Assembly (NCBI GenBank): GCA_963668625.2
Contig: CAXXKA010000006.1
Location: 1-64,000 of the forward strand
Source of the DNA: an uncultured candidate division Zixibacteria bacterium
Lineage (GTDB): Bacteria; Zixibacteria; MSB-5A5; UBA10806; 4484-95
Direction: 5' to 3'
Length of the DNA stretch: 64,000 nucleotides
Shown here: piece after piece, positions 11,209 through 20,019 of the stretch
Position numbering within the stretch: the stretch's first letter is position 1
How the letters are laid out: every line of letters starts with the position of its first letter
Notes under the pieces: generated by a model
What the model was told of the DNA's origin: nothing
The model's input: the letters and a program-made list of their open reading frames with translations, nothing else
The model's database searches: none
Made by a program: the position numbers and the translations under genes

Positions 11209-12050
11209 TCATGATTGCTTGTATTTGTACTTTAAGAAGCTATTAAAACAATATTTGCACAATTTTGCAGTAAATAAATTAATGGAGGATCTTTGAGTAG
11301 GCGAATTAATTTTGTTTTTTGTAAAAACTGTTATTATGAATAATGGTTTGTTTTTAAAGTATATAATCCCTGCATCATTTGTTACGCCTTTTCTAGTGCC
11401 CGTCTTGTGCGCCGCTTTGGCTTTATCTGGAAGTAACAGGGGCAACCTTGTATTGAGCTCTTGCTTATTGAGAATATTTAAGGCTAACTTACATAATTTA
11501 GGAGTGCACCCGATTTTTCTAGCATCTCTTATTTTTTTCGATCCTTTTAAAATTAATTTCAGTAAATTAGCTATATCTTTTGGCGATGTTATATCCATAT
11601 ATTTATGTAGTGATTCTTTCCCTAAGGGCGGAAATCCTTTTTTAATTTTTGTATTAACCAATCCAATAGATTTACAATAATAATTAATCCTATTAACTCC
11701 AATTAAGTCGACTATATGGCCAGTGCAAGTACAATCGCTGACTATAATCATGAGAATTAGAGCATCCTTTAATGTTATTGTGAAACCTGGCCTCAATAAT
11801 CTTATTGGACCTGAATTATTTTTTTGAAATTTTCTCATTATAGTTATTTTCCTATTCAGAGAAACTTTATTTTCGCATATTGCATTTAAAGCTGCCATTA
11901 GGATAGCAATCTTTCGTACGCTAGCTGCAGAAATATATCAGACCCGTTTCTATTGAATTCCGAGCCGGTTCGAAGATTTATAATGTACCATCCCACCTTA
12001 AAAGGCTGAGCATCACAAAGTTTATTTAATGTAAATATAATATTATCCAT
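11209..12050 (-). pseudogene. Class A beta-lactamase-like serine hydrolase with frameshift near 11931 (right copy)
   Basis: Same frameshift as the left copy; the listed ORF 11209..11898 lacks the SxxK serine, which lies just upstream of its Met. Confidence 0.75.
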
Positions 12051-12718
12051 CAGAAATCATAACGCCCTGAAGATTTAAGTATTTTTCTCTCAAATCATCA
12101 ACAAATTTGTAAGCACTTCCTTTATTTACGAAGATTCATTATTATTATTGTAACTGCAGTATTACGTCGTCATATTTATATACATTTCGGGAAGTAAAAG
12201 AAGTGATTCATAGTCCTGGGGGTGTATGTTTTAATCGTTTTTCTCAAGAGCCCCCCATCCTTCTCAACACTCAAATAATTTTCACAAATATCAATATTGG
12301 ATTCAACTTTAAGAGGTTTTGGAGCAACTTCTTTTTATACTCCGACAAATGCATTGAAAATGACTGAAGTGTTATGTATTCTTTGTGCTGATTATTAGTA
12401 CATCGACGGGAAATTCTATGGGAAACGAAAAATATAAATACTTCACAGAATTAGAATTATTGACGAACTAAAAAGTTGATTGATTGCCCTTAGGTTGTAA
12501 TGGTCTTGATTATCAATCAAGTGGATTATAAATCTATCTATTACAAAAATGGGGCAATCATTAAATCAATGAGACATTGATATAATTGGTATATCAGAAT
12601 AAATTTGCATTGATTCTGAAAACCACCGGATAAATCTATATCAGGGTGGAGGGATATATATTTATCCCCTAAAAATCAGAATAACGCATATATATTGATG
12701 TCTCTTTAAAACTTAACA

Positions 12719-13876
12719 ATGCAGGACTATAGAGACATACACAATTCAAAACAAAACAATGAAGTTTTTACGAGAAGAATATTAGCCTCTTCTATGAGCG
12801 ACAAACAAAAAGAAAATATCAGAAGATTTGTTATTGATTTAAGAATTGGTAAGGCTGGTAGTAAAGTAAAAGATAGAAGATTGAATAATTACTTGCAATT
12901 TATGATTAAACTTCATTGCTACTTTATGAAAGACTTGGATAATATATCTGAAAAGGAAGCCACTGATTGCTATATGGATTTACAGGACAATAGAATTGCT
13001 AAAGTAAATGGTATGCCTTACGCTCAGGCTTCAAAAGATGAATTTGTTAAAACCTTAAAAAGGTATTTAGGATGGCTCTGGGGAAGGTCATCTATCAGGT
13101 ATCGGAAAACAATATCCTGGATGAAAGAGGATTATAAAAAATCAGATAAGAAAGCAATTACTCTAAAAGAGGCGGAGCAGATTATTAAGAGAGAACCATA
13201 TTTAAGAAACAAATGTCTGTTTTTATTTTTATTCGATTCTGGTGCCAGAATTGAGGAAGCTTTGAATGTCAGGATTAAGGATTTACTAAATGCTAATAAT
13301 AGCGAAGTTGGATTTTTAAAAGTCCATTTACGAGGCCAAAAGACAGAAGAGGCTGATAGGACAATCCCAATTCCCATTTCTCAGAAGATAACTTTTCAAT
13401 GGTTAAAGGAACATCCTACTGGATATAAAGATGATTACTTGTTTCCAATTAGATATGATAATGCCAGGAAGATAATCAAGCAGATGTCATACCGTATATT
13501 GGGTTTTAACATCAAACCCCATGAGTTAAGACATAGTTCAGCCACACACTATATTCAATATGGTGGATTTGGCGCAGAAAACATCGGGGGATTTTATTAT
13601 CGGTATGGGTGGAAATTCGGGAGCAAGGAAGCCTTGACATATATAAAGACATATTTATATAGCGGGGATATTGGCGCTCAAAAGGTCGTAAAAGCAATTG
13701 AGTCAAGTAAGGTTGAGCGGCTTGAACAGGAAATTGCTGAGCTTAAGGATAAGATAAACTCATTAATGAATGGGAAACATTTCATGGCTGTATTATCATC
13801 GTTAGCTAAAAAGAATCAGAGTATGTTTAATAATCTAGATGAAGTTTCGGGGAAAAAATTTGATTTTGTATTATAG
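12719..13876 (+). CDS. Tyrosine recombinase/integrase (Xer-like catalytic domain, C-terminal coiled coil)
   Basis: DSGARIEE (R), HELRH (HxxR), YGW and downstream Tyr (TYI); coiled-coil VERLEQEIAELKDKI. Confidence 0.9.
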   Translation: MQDYRDIHNSKQNNEVFTRRILASSMSDKQKENIRRFVIDLRIGKAGSKVKDRRLNNYLQFMIKLHCYFMKDLDNISEKEATDCYMDLQDNRIAKVNGMPYAQASKDEFVKTLKRYLGWLWGRSSIRYRKTISWMKEDYKKSDKKAITLKEAEQIIKREPYLRNKCLFLFLFDSGARIEEALNVRIKDLLNANNSEVGFLKVHLRGQKTEEADRTIPIPISQKITFQWLKEHPTGYKDDYLFPIRYDNARKIIKQMSYRILGFNIKPHELRHSSATHYIQYGGFGAENIGGFYYRYGWKFGSKEALTYIKTYLYSGDIGAQKVVKAIESSKVERLEQEIAELKDKINSLMNGKHFMAVLSSLAKKNQSMFNNLDEVSGKKFDFVL

Positions 13877-13944
13877 AATTAAGTTGCTTAATGTAGAACA
13901 GTAACTCTCTATAAATTCTATTATGAAGAATAAATGGAAAATTG

Positions 13945-13990
13945 CCGTCCTTCGGACGGTTATTGGTACTGCCCCGCGCTTCGCGCGGGG
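13945..13990. other. Two perfect GC-rich hairpins with GAA/TTC 3-nt loops (mirror 4570..4615)
   Basis: ccgtcc-ttc-ggacgg and ccccgcgc-ttc-gcgcgggg embedded in AT-rich DNA. Confidence 0.85.
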
Positions 13991-14611
13991 AAAGGAATAT
14001 GAATAGTGAATAGTTATTGAGGTTTGAGGTAAGAGATGAATGATAAAGATGAGGTAATTGATATAAAGAATAAATAATAGTATAGCGGGGATAGGCTGTA
14101 AACCAGCATAATCTTGGTTTTTCTATTTCTTGGGTTAAGTTGTTATATTTTAATAAGATGGGTGTAGGAAGAGGATATAATAAGGCCTGGAAATGGAAAT
14201 CGTTAAAACAGCAGGAAGCTTTTTATCTGTGGAAATTACAGGTATCGATTCAATTTAATTTATTTGTCGCAAGTGTCAGAATAAGTCGTTTTTATTTCAC
14301 CTTATTCCAATCCATTCAAGCTTTTTTTAGTACCCGATTCTTTAATGATAGTTTGATGGACTGCTGTTCCAACTGCAACTTCTGCTACTTTACCGACCAA
14401 AGGAATCTTCATTAGCTCTTTTCGACGGTCCGTTTAAATATCGCTGCTGTATCTTCCGTAATTACAGTCCCAAATTCCTGCACTTATTATTGTTAGGAAT
14501 GCTATAAATGATGATCATTAAGTTTCTTAGCAGAGATATTATATATTTTATTTATAGCTGTAATAATACATGGAGAACATATTAATGTACTTATTGACAA
14601 TTTGAGGGCCG

Positions 14612-15376
14612 TTATGAGGTTTTAGGGCGAAGTATTAAATCAGCCTTATTAAGTGGTAACCAATTTATATTTTTTTTATTTAAAGAAAGTTTTCTATCTT
14701 TTAATAATAATATTTTTTCTATATCCCTTCTAATACTTTCCGCAGCTTCTGCTGGTGAATGATTTGGAGCAATAGGCTGATAAATACTTCTTCCAATGAT
14801 TTCATAATTTGCGCCGGAAGCTATAGCACTTCCAATATTTGCGCCTTGTGCACCAATACCACATGAGATTATAGTTAACTTATCGCCTACCTTTTCTCTT
14901 ACATTCAATATTCTATGTGGAATGGTCGCTGGAATTTGTACACCATCACATTTTAGCGCAATCGATAAATCAATACACTCGTCTGCTATTTCATCGCTAA
15001 TTAATCCCGTCATATGAGTAAATTGCGTAAAAATGAAAAGCATTTCATTTGACATAATCTTCCTACAGGATGAGATAACATCTCCCCCGACAACTCCTGA
15101 AATCATAATTCCATCGCCGCCCTCAGATATAATTTTGGTTACTATTTGTTCGGCAATATATTGAATATCCATAAATTTAATATCGACTAGCAAAGGTTTG
15201 TTAGTATTATCCTTAATGATTTTAATAATTTCTAATCCATACTCTAATAATACAAGATTGCCTATTTTTATTGCTTCCACAAAAGGAGAGACTGCCCTAA
15301 TCGTATTTAAAAGAAATTCTTTCTTACTTATATCTGCTGCGAAAATTATTCCTGCTGAATCTAACATATTAATCAC
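14612..15376 (-). CDS. OMP decarboxylase-like TIM-barrel protein
   Basis: IFAAD, AIKIG, VDIKFMDI (DxKxxD), CGIGAQG, IIGRSIY; start overlaps upstream stop (GTGA). Confidence 0.85.
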   Translation of the reverse strand: MINMLDSAGIIFAADISKKEFLLNTIRAVSPFVEAIKIGNLVLLEYGLEIIKIIKDNTNKPLLVDIKFMDIQYIAEQIVTKIISEGGDGIMISGVVGGDVISSCRKIMSNEMLFIFTQFTHMTGLISDEIADECIDLSIALKCDGVQIPATIPHRILNVREKVGDKLTIISCGIGAQGANIGSAIASGANYEIIGRSIYQPIAPNHSPAEAAESIRRDIEKILLLKDRKLSLNKKNINWLPLNKADLILRPKTS

Positions 15377-16185
15377 CGCCTTCTTAAATAGGCAACAACT
15401 GCCCCGGCAATTGCCAAAACGAAAAGGACAATAACATTTAGAATCGGTTTATCTGCCATAAAATTTAGATTAGCAGTCTTGCTTGCTATACTTAGGAATA
15501 CCGCCAAAATAATCCCAACCAGTAAATATACCATTACTGTTCGGATAAAATCTCTTTTGTCATCATCTGCATCTAATAGCGCGCGGATATCGCTTCCTTC
15601 TATAATAAAATCAGCACCAGCGGCCAAAGCTTCTTTTTTATCCCCATGTTGACGTTTAGATACTCCTGCCGCAATAATTTTGTATTTAGAAGGCAATAGC
15701 TTTCGCATCTTTCTCAATCTATTAGGCCTATTTCCTGGCCCAATAATTCCTGCAACACCTTGTTCCATTGCCATTTTTACAATATCTTCCAGGTGACTAT
15801 GAGTAAAACCTCCATCATTATGAGTCATCTCTGAAACCACATAAATATCAAGATCAGGCACTCCTTCTTTTATGGCTGAAATAACAGATTTTCCAACGAA
15901 TCCCTGTACCACAATTCCTTGAGCACCTGCCAGATAGACTTTTTTTGCGATATCTACAGCGATAGTAGGGATTTCAGCTAATTTTAAATCACATATAACT
16001 GATAAACCCGTTTTTTTCTTGATTTCTTTGATAATTGATAAACCATCGTCTATAATATTCAAGATTCCTACCTTAACCGCATAAACATCATCAACCATAT
16101 TTTTTCTTTTTAGTAATTTTAGGCAATATTTTATAGCTGATTTTCTATTGTTTGCATCAACGGCGAATATTAGATATTTGCTCAT
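15373..16185 (-). CDS. OMP decarboxylase-like protein with two C-terminal hydrophobic helices
   Basis: IFAVD, VKVG, CDLKLAEIP (DxKxxE), GADFIIEGS; C-terminal VMVYLLVGIILAVFL and VIVLFVLAIAGAVVAYL. Confidence 0.85.
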   Translation of the reverse strand: MSKYLIFAVDANNRKSAIKYCLKLLKRKNMVDDVYAVKVGILNIIDDGLSIIKEIKKKTGLSVICDLKLAEIPTIAVDIAKKVYLAGAQGIVVQGFVGKSVISAIKEGVPDLDIYVVSEMTHNDGGFTHSHLEDIVKMAMEQGVAGIIGPGNRPNRLRKMRKLLPSKYKIIAAGVSKRQHGDKKEALAAGADFIIEGSDIRALLDADDDKRDFIRTVMVYLLVGIILAVFLSIASKTANLNFMADKPILNVIVLFVLAIAGAVVAYLRRR

Positions 16186-16267
16186 TTCGACTCACAAGGT
16201 TTGAATACTTTTATGCCAGCCTATGTGACTTATTTAAAACTTTAATATAGCACAATACAACATCTTT

Positions 16268-16519
16268 TCAAAACATTTTATTCTTGTTGGAAGTTAGTGT
16301 TAACAGTGTAGCTTGATGGATCACGATACCAAGATCAACCTTGACTGACTTCTCCACTGCCTTCGACAGTGTGGACTTGATAGCCTGAGATGACAGCGCG
16401 TCACCCGTGACACTAACGAGCACATATGCGTCGTAGGGTTCTACAGTTACCTTTCCAGCAATACCTTCAACCTTTAGATCATGGGCAATAATCAATCCAC
16501 CTTTTATGCTAGGTTCCAT
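16268..16519 (-). CDS. Small hypothetical protein
   Basis: 83-aa ORF; no recognised motif. Confidence 0.4.
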   Translation of the reverse strand: MEPSIKGGLIIAHDLKVEGIAGKVTVEPYDAYVLVSVTGDALSSQAIKSTLSKAVEKSVKVDLGIVIHQATLLTLTSNKNKMF

Positions 16520-16732
16520 TTTATCTATATAAGATCACGCTCGGACGCCGTCAATCTTGAATGCATAGGTACATCGGCACCGCAGGTTTTTACGGTAGAA
16601 CCCAAAGAGGTTCCGTCCTATATTTACAGTAAGACGATCATATGCAAATGATAAGAATAATATGTTTGAGAATATGAATATAATCCTTTTCAAAAAGTAT
16701 ATGTAAAAGCCTTACGGCAGAAAATAAGAGAA

Positions 16733-16803
16733 AACACCAGAAACCGTATTCCCTGTAACTTATTGCTAATATTACAGGTTAGTGTCTGGTGCTTTCTGGT
16801 GTT
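16733..16803. repeat. Nested inverted repeat downstream of the integrase (mirror ~1760..1830)
   Basis: aacaccagaaa...cctgtaa...ttacagg...tctggtg-c-tttctggtgtt. Confidence 0.6.
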
Positions 16804-16847
16804 CGGACACTAAAGCAAGCTCATAACCCGAATGTCATAACATTTCT

Positions 16848-17951
16848 TTAATTATTCTTAGATACTTTTATTGGCAATTTGTTTACAGCTTTTGATAAGT
16901 GATCTGGGGCTAAATGGGCGTAAATCATGGTCGTTTCTATGTCGGAATGTCCCATTAACTTTTGAATGGTCGGTAGATCGACGCCTTGCATTACCAAATG
17001 GCTGGCAAAGGTGTGGCGTAGAGTATGGACTTTTGTAAAATCTGGTATTTCAGCGCCCTGGGCTATTTTAATAAGCTCGTTGCGGAGCATGTTATGTGAT
17101 TTGTCGCTTTCGATTACATGAAATACGTAATCACCTTTACCGGCTTTTCTGTTCTTTTTCTTATGCTCGGAAAGGATTTGGAATAAATCATCGCTAATCG
17201 GAATTTCGCGTTCACCTGTCTTAGGTTGCCAGTCGGGTTTTTTCTGGATAAATATTTTTCGATTTGCCAGGTCAATATCACTCCAGCGAAGATGTTCCAG
17301 TTCAGCTTTTCGCATTCCGGTACTTAGAAAAGTGAAGTAAACAGGGTAGAGGTTTTTGGGCGTCGCCGCTAGAAATCTCGAACATTCTTCCTCGGTCAAG
17401 AATCTAAGCGGTTTTTTATCGTCATCTTTAAATAGCTTAACGTGCTTCCTGGGATTCTCTTTTAGATAGCCCCATTTGATAGCAAGGTTAAACATCGTTT
17501 TCAGACCATCCAATTCTAAATTGACCGTGCGCGTTCTTGCACCTTTTCGAGCATTTTCAGAATTGGGTGATTTTCCGTTGGGATTAACCCATTCATCTCT
17601 TCGAAATGTTTTATACTCCTCTAAAATCTCAGGTGTAATTTGAGATAGCATTACAATATCTTTTCGTTTTTCAGTGAGGAATCTTCTGAAATGATCTGTA
17701 ACTGCTTTATACCGTTTCATTGTTGTGGCTCTATGATTAGTCCGATTATATTCCAAAAACTTTTCAACCAGCGATTCGATTGTAATATCGCTTTTGGAAA
17801 AACCGTATTCGTCTTTGATTATCTTGATCTCGGCATCTTTTAAGGCAAGTTCCGCCATTTTCTTGGACGTACCAATCTTTTTCCGGACTCGCCGTCCTTT
17901 ATAGGTTAGGTCCAGATACCAGATTTTTCCTCTTTGATAAATTCTCGCCAT
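16848..17951 (-). CDS. Phage/genomic-island tyrosine integrase adjacent to tmRNA 3' end
   Basis: N-terminal WYLDLTYKGRRVRK arm-binding segment; TGMRKAEL, HTLRHTFASHL, LMGHSDIETTMIY catalytic motifs; likely start MARIY at 17951. Confidence 0.95.
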   Translation of the reverse strand: MARIYQRGKIWYLDLTYKGRRVRKKIGTSKKMAELALKDAEIKIIKDEYGFSKSDITIESLVEKFLEYNRTNHRATTMKRYKAVTDHFRRFLTEKRKDIVMLSQITPEILEEYKTFRRDEWVNPNGKSPNSENARKGARTRTVNLELDGLKTMFNLAIKWGYLKENPRKHVKLFKDDDKKPLRFLTEEECSRFLAATPKNLYPVYFTFLSTGMRKAELEHLRWSDIDLANRKIFIQKKPDWQPKTGEREIPISDDLFQILSEHKKKNRKAGKGDYVFHVIESDKSHNMLRNELIKIAQGAEIPDFTKVHTLRHTFASHLVMQGVDLPTIQKLMGHSDIETTMIYAHLAPDHLSKAVNKLPIKVSKNN

Positions 17952-17996
17952 AATTGAATTTGCTTGGCACAAACATGGCACAAGCCCTTTCTGCTA

Positions 17997-18026
17997 AGAA
18001 TATAATTTTCTGTAATCTGTTGTCAA
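17997..18026 (-). promoter_or_regulatory. Putative sigma70 promoter of the integrase (mirror 541..570)
   Basis: TTGACA followed after 16-18 nt by TATATT/TATTCT. Confidence 0.55.
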
Positions 18027-18058
18027 GTAAAAAGTTAGAAAATGAGGAAAAAGTAAAA

Positions 18059-18413
18059 TGGAGGCGGGGGGAATCGAACCCCCGTCCGAGAATACCCGGT
18101 ACGGGCCGTCTACATGTGTAGGTTTCCTGTTAATCTCGCCCGATGAGCGCCGGAAACCATGCTCTCAGCCGGGCCAGCCTCACTCATTTCTCGCGATATC
18201 GAGCAGAAGCACTCTCTCAATCGCCAGCTTCCCTAATCGTCACCCTGTGCTAAGCCGGAAAGCGCGCTAAACCAGGATGGGCGCCATTAACTAGGCAGCC
18301 ATAGCATACGAATAATCGTCGCCATTTAATATTTTGGTTCCCGTTTTTAACGATGCTCGGGACATCGACACGCAGACCCTAACCAACTAGACCCGTCGAA
18401 GCCTGTCGCCCCC
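18059..18413 (-). ncRNA. ssrA: tmRNA (right-arm copy)
   Basis: Same tRNA-like ends and GDDYSYAMAA tag as 155..508; one base longer. Confidence 0.95.
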
Positions 18414-18561
18414 ATGTTATCAAAGAACTAATCGCGAATATACAAATTATAACCAGCATGGTCAATGATATTCGCTCTATATACTACCGTATTATAATCG
18501 TCTATGTTCCGTTTTATTTAATCAGAATTCTTTACACCCATTATATTTGACCAAAATGCGT

Positions 18562-18589
18562 TTGACATTTATATCAAGTATCCTATAAT
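18562..18589 (+). promoter_or_regulatory. Consensus sigma70 promoter for the 18658 operon
   Basis: TTGACA (18562-18567), 16 nt, TATAAT (18584-18589); GGAGGT RBS before 18658. Confidence 0.7.
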
Positions 18590-18657
18590 TAATGAAAGAG
18601 CCGTAATGATATATTTAACAATTAATTCTATACATAAGTAATTACCCCGGAGGTGAT

Positions 18658-19608
18658 ATGGCGAAAATAATCAGCCGCGGAGATAAAGGGCCGATTGTCG
18701 AATCTATCCAAAAAATGATATTTTATTTAGGCTATAGGGCAAGGCACATGGATGATGATACGGGCAAGTTCGAATACAAAACGCTGTCTATAGATGGTGT
18801 TTTCGGAGCTCATACCGAATCTGCGGTACTGTCTTTCCAAAGCGCCAACGGGCTTTTACGGGATGGCATGGTTGGACCATCCACCATGCAGGCCCTGCAG
18901 GAGATGTATTCTGAGAGGTTCATGGAAGTATCCATGCCTAATGTTGATGCCACCGACGGCATGCCTGACCGTATGGTATTCGTAAGAGCGCCGGCCGACC
19001 GGTACGGTGAGGGATATGATCAGCTATCGCTCAGAAACGATGCCGCCTCCGATTATCACAAGGTGTATGAAATCGTAAAAAGTAAAGGCGGCGTGATGAC
19101 CTCCTCGGGAGCAATCCGCAGTTTGAAATCACCTGCCAACAGGAGCAGGAGCACTACATCATTTCACTATCTCGGCCTGGCATTCGACCTGTTCATATAC
19201 AGTGGCATGGTCGATCCTGCAACCGATCCCTATGTTATTGATCGTGTAAACCCGAGGGAGTATGTAGTTTACGCCCGATGCGATAAAAATCATGCGGAGA
19301 CTGATAAAGTCGAAAACGCCATAACTTATGTCAGCAAGAAAAAAGGTACCCAGGTCGAGGGAAGCTTTATCAATTTGACCGAGCTTCTAAAAAAACATGG
19401 TTTTTCGAGTATCAGGGCGAGGGTTTTTTTCGAGGATAGTCGCTCCATTATGGGCGCCGAGTGGTGGCATTTCCAATACGAGAAGAACCTGACACCGCAA
19501 TTCAGTACGTTCGGTATGGAACTTCAGAAGGTCTATTCGGAAAAAACTCTGGAGAAAACCCTGCCTTGGGAGTTCAGAGATAGAATATTTAAATTAAACT
19601 GGTTTTAA
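18658..19608 (+). CDS. Peptidoglycan-binding domain plus M15-like Zn peptidase
   Basis: IDGVFGAHTESAVLSFQSANGLLRDGMVGPST (PG_binding_1); SFHYLGLAFD and EWWHFQ M15-type motifs. Confidence 0.8.
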   Translation: MAKIISRGDKGPIVESIQKMIFYLGYRARHMDDDTGKFEYKTLSIDGVFGAHTESAVLSFQSANGLLRDGMVGPSTMQALQEMYSERFMEVSMPNVDATDGMPDRMVFVRAPADRYGEGYDQLSLRNDAASDYHKVYEIVKSKGGVMTSSGAIRSLKSPANRSRSTTSFHYLGLAFDLFIYSGMVDPATDPYVIDRVNPREYVVYARCDKNHAETDKVENAITYVSKKKGTQVEGSFINLTELLKKHGFSSIRARVFFEDSRSIMGAEWWHFQYEKNLTPQFSTFGMELQKVYSEKTLEKTLPWEFRDRIFKLNWF

Positions 19609-19622
19609 TAAAGGAGAGAAAG

Positions 19623-20018
19623 ATGCCCCCGAAAAAAACTATTCCGGAAAATCAAAACCAAGAAACTACCGGTGTAAAAGCGTTGATGGATAAAATCAAC
19701 AATATCGCTAATGACCTGGCGACATTGGATGTTATCACCCTTACCGGGGATATTAATCTGGAGAAAGTGGCAAATCAGGATACAGTCGATTTCGAGAAGC
19801 TTTATAAAAACATTGGCGAAAATGTAAAAAACAGTGTTAATGTCGATGTCGTAGCTTTTACTCATATCGAGCTCGATTGCGATTCGGTCATGTTCGTTAA
19901 GAGGGGAATCGGTGAGTCGGAAAAAGTGCTTCTGGAGGTTCATAACGAGACAATCAAAACTGCCCAGGAAACTCGTCTGGGAGTTGTCCGTCTGGTTAAG
20001 GATATAATCGGTATTTAA
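19623..20018 (+). CDS. Hypothetical protein (131 aa)
   Basis: AAGGAG RBS, operonic spacing; shares a DCDS-centred segment with the next gene. Confidence 0.8.
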   Translation: MPPKKTIPENQNQETTGVKALMDKINNIANDLATLDVITLTGDINLEKVANQDTVDFEKLYKNIGENVKNSVNVDVVAFTHIELDCDSVMFVKRGIGESEKVLLEVHNETIKTAQETRLGVVRLVKDIIGI

Positions 20019-20019
20019 T

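Larger units (their letters stand above)
7573..18058. mobile_element. AT-rich genomic island integrated at tmRNA 3' end (distal end not visible)
   Basis: Integrase directly beside tmRNA 3' end, visibly AT-rich cargo, second recombinase; no separate duplicated tmRNA 3' fragment seen. Confidence 0.7.
10988..18567. repeat. Right arm of ~7.58-kb inverted repeat (intact gene copies)
   Basis: Reverse complement of 1..7572; integrase and first OMPDC-like ORF are intact here and this arm is contiguous with the rest of the window. Confidence 0.97.

Noticed and set aside
12140-12400. Short frames including ILDSTLRG, reminiscent of a DRE-TIM motif
   Set aside because: Too short, interrupted and lacking the catalytic D-R-E context.
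14140-14415. 91-aa ORF (mirror 4145..4420)
   Set aside because: TTG start, no RBS or motif, atypical composition; likely spurious.
14612-16185. Assigning the gene symbol pyrF
   Set aside because: Active-site deviations, the TM fusion and island context make orthology to housekeeping PyrF unproven.
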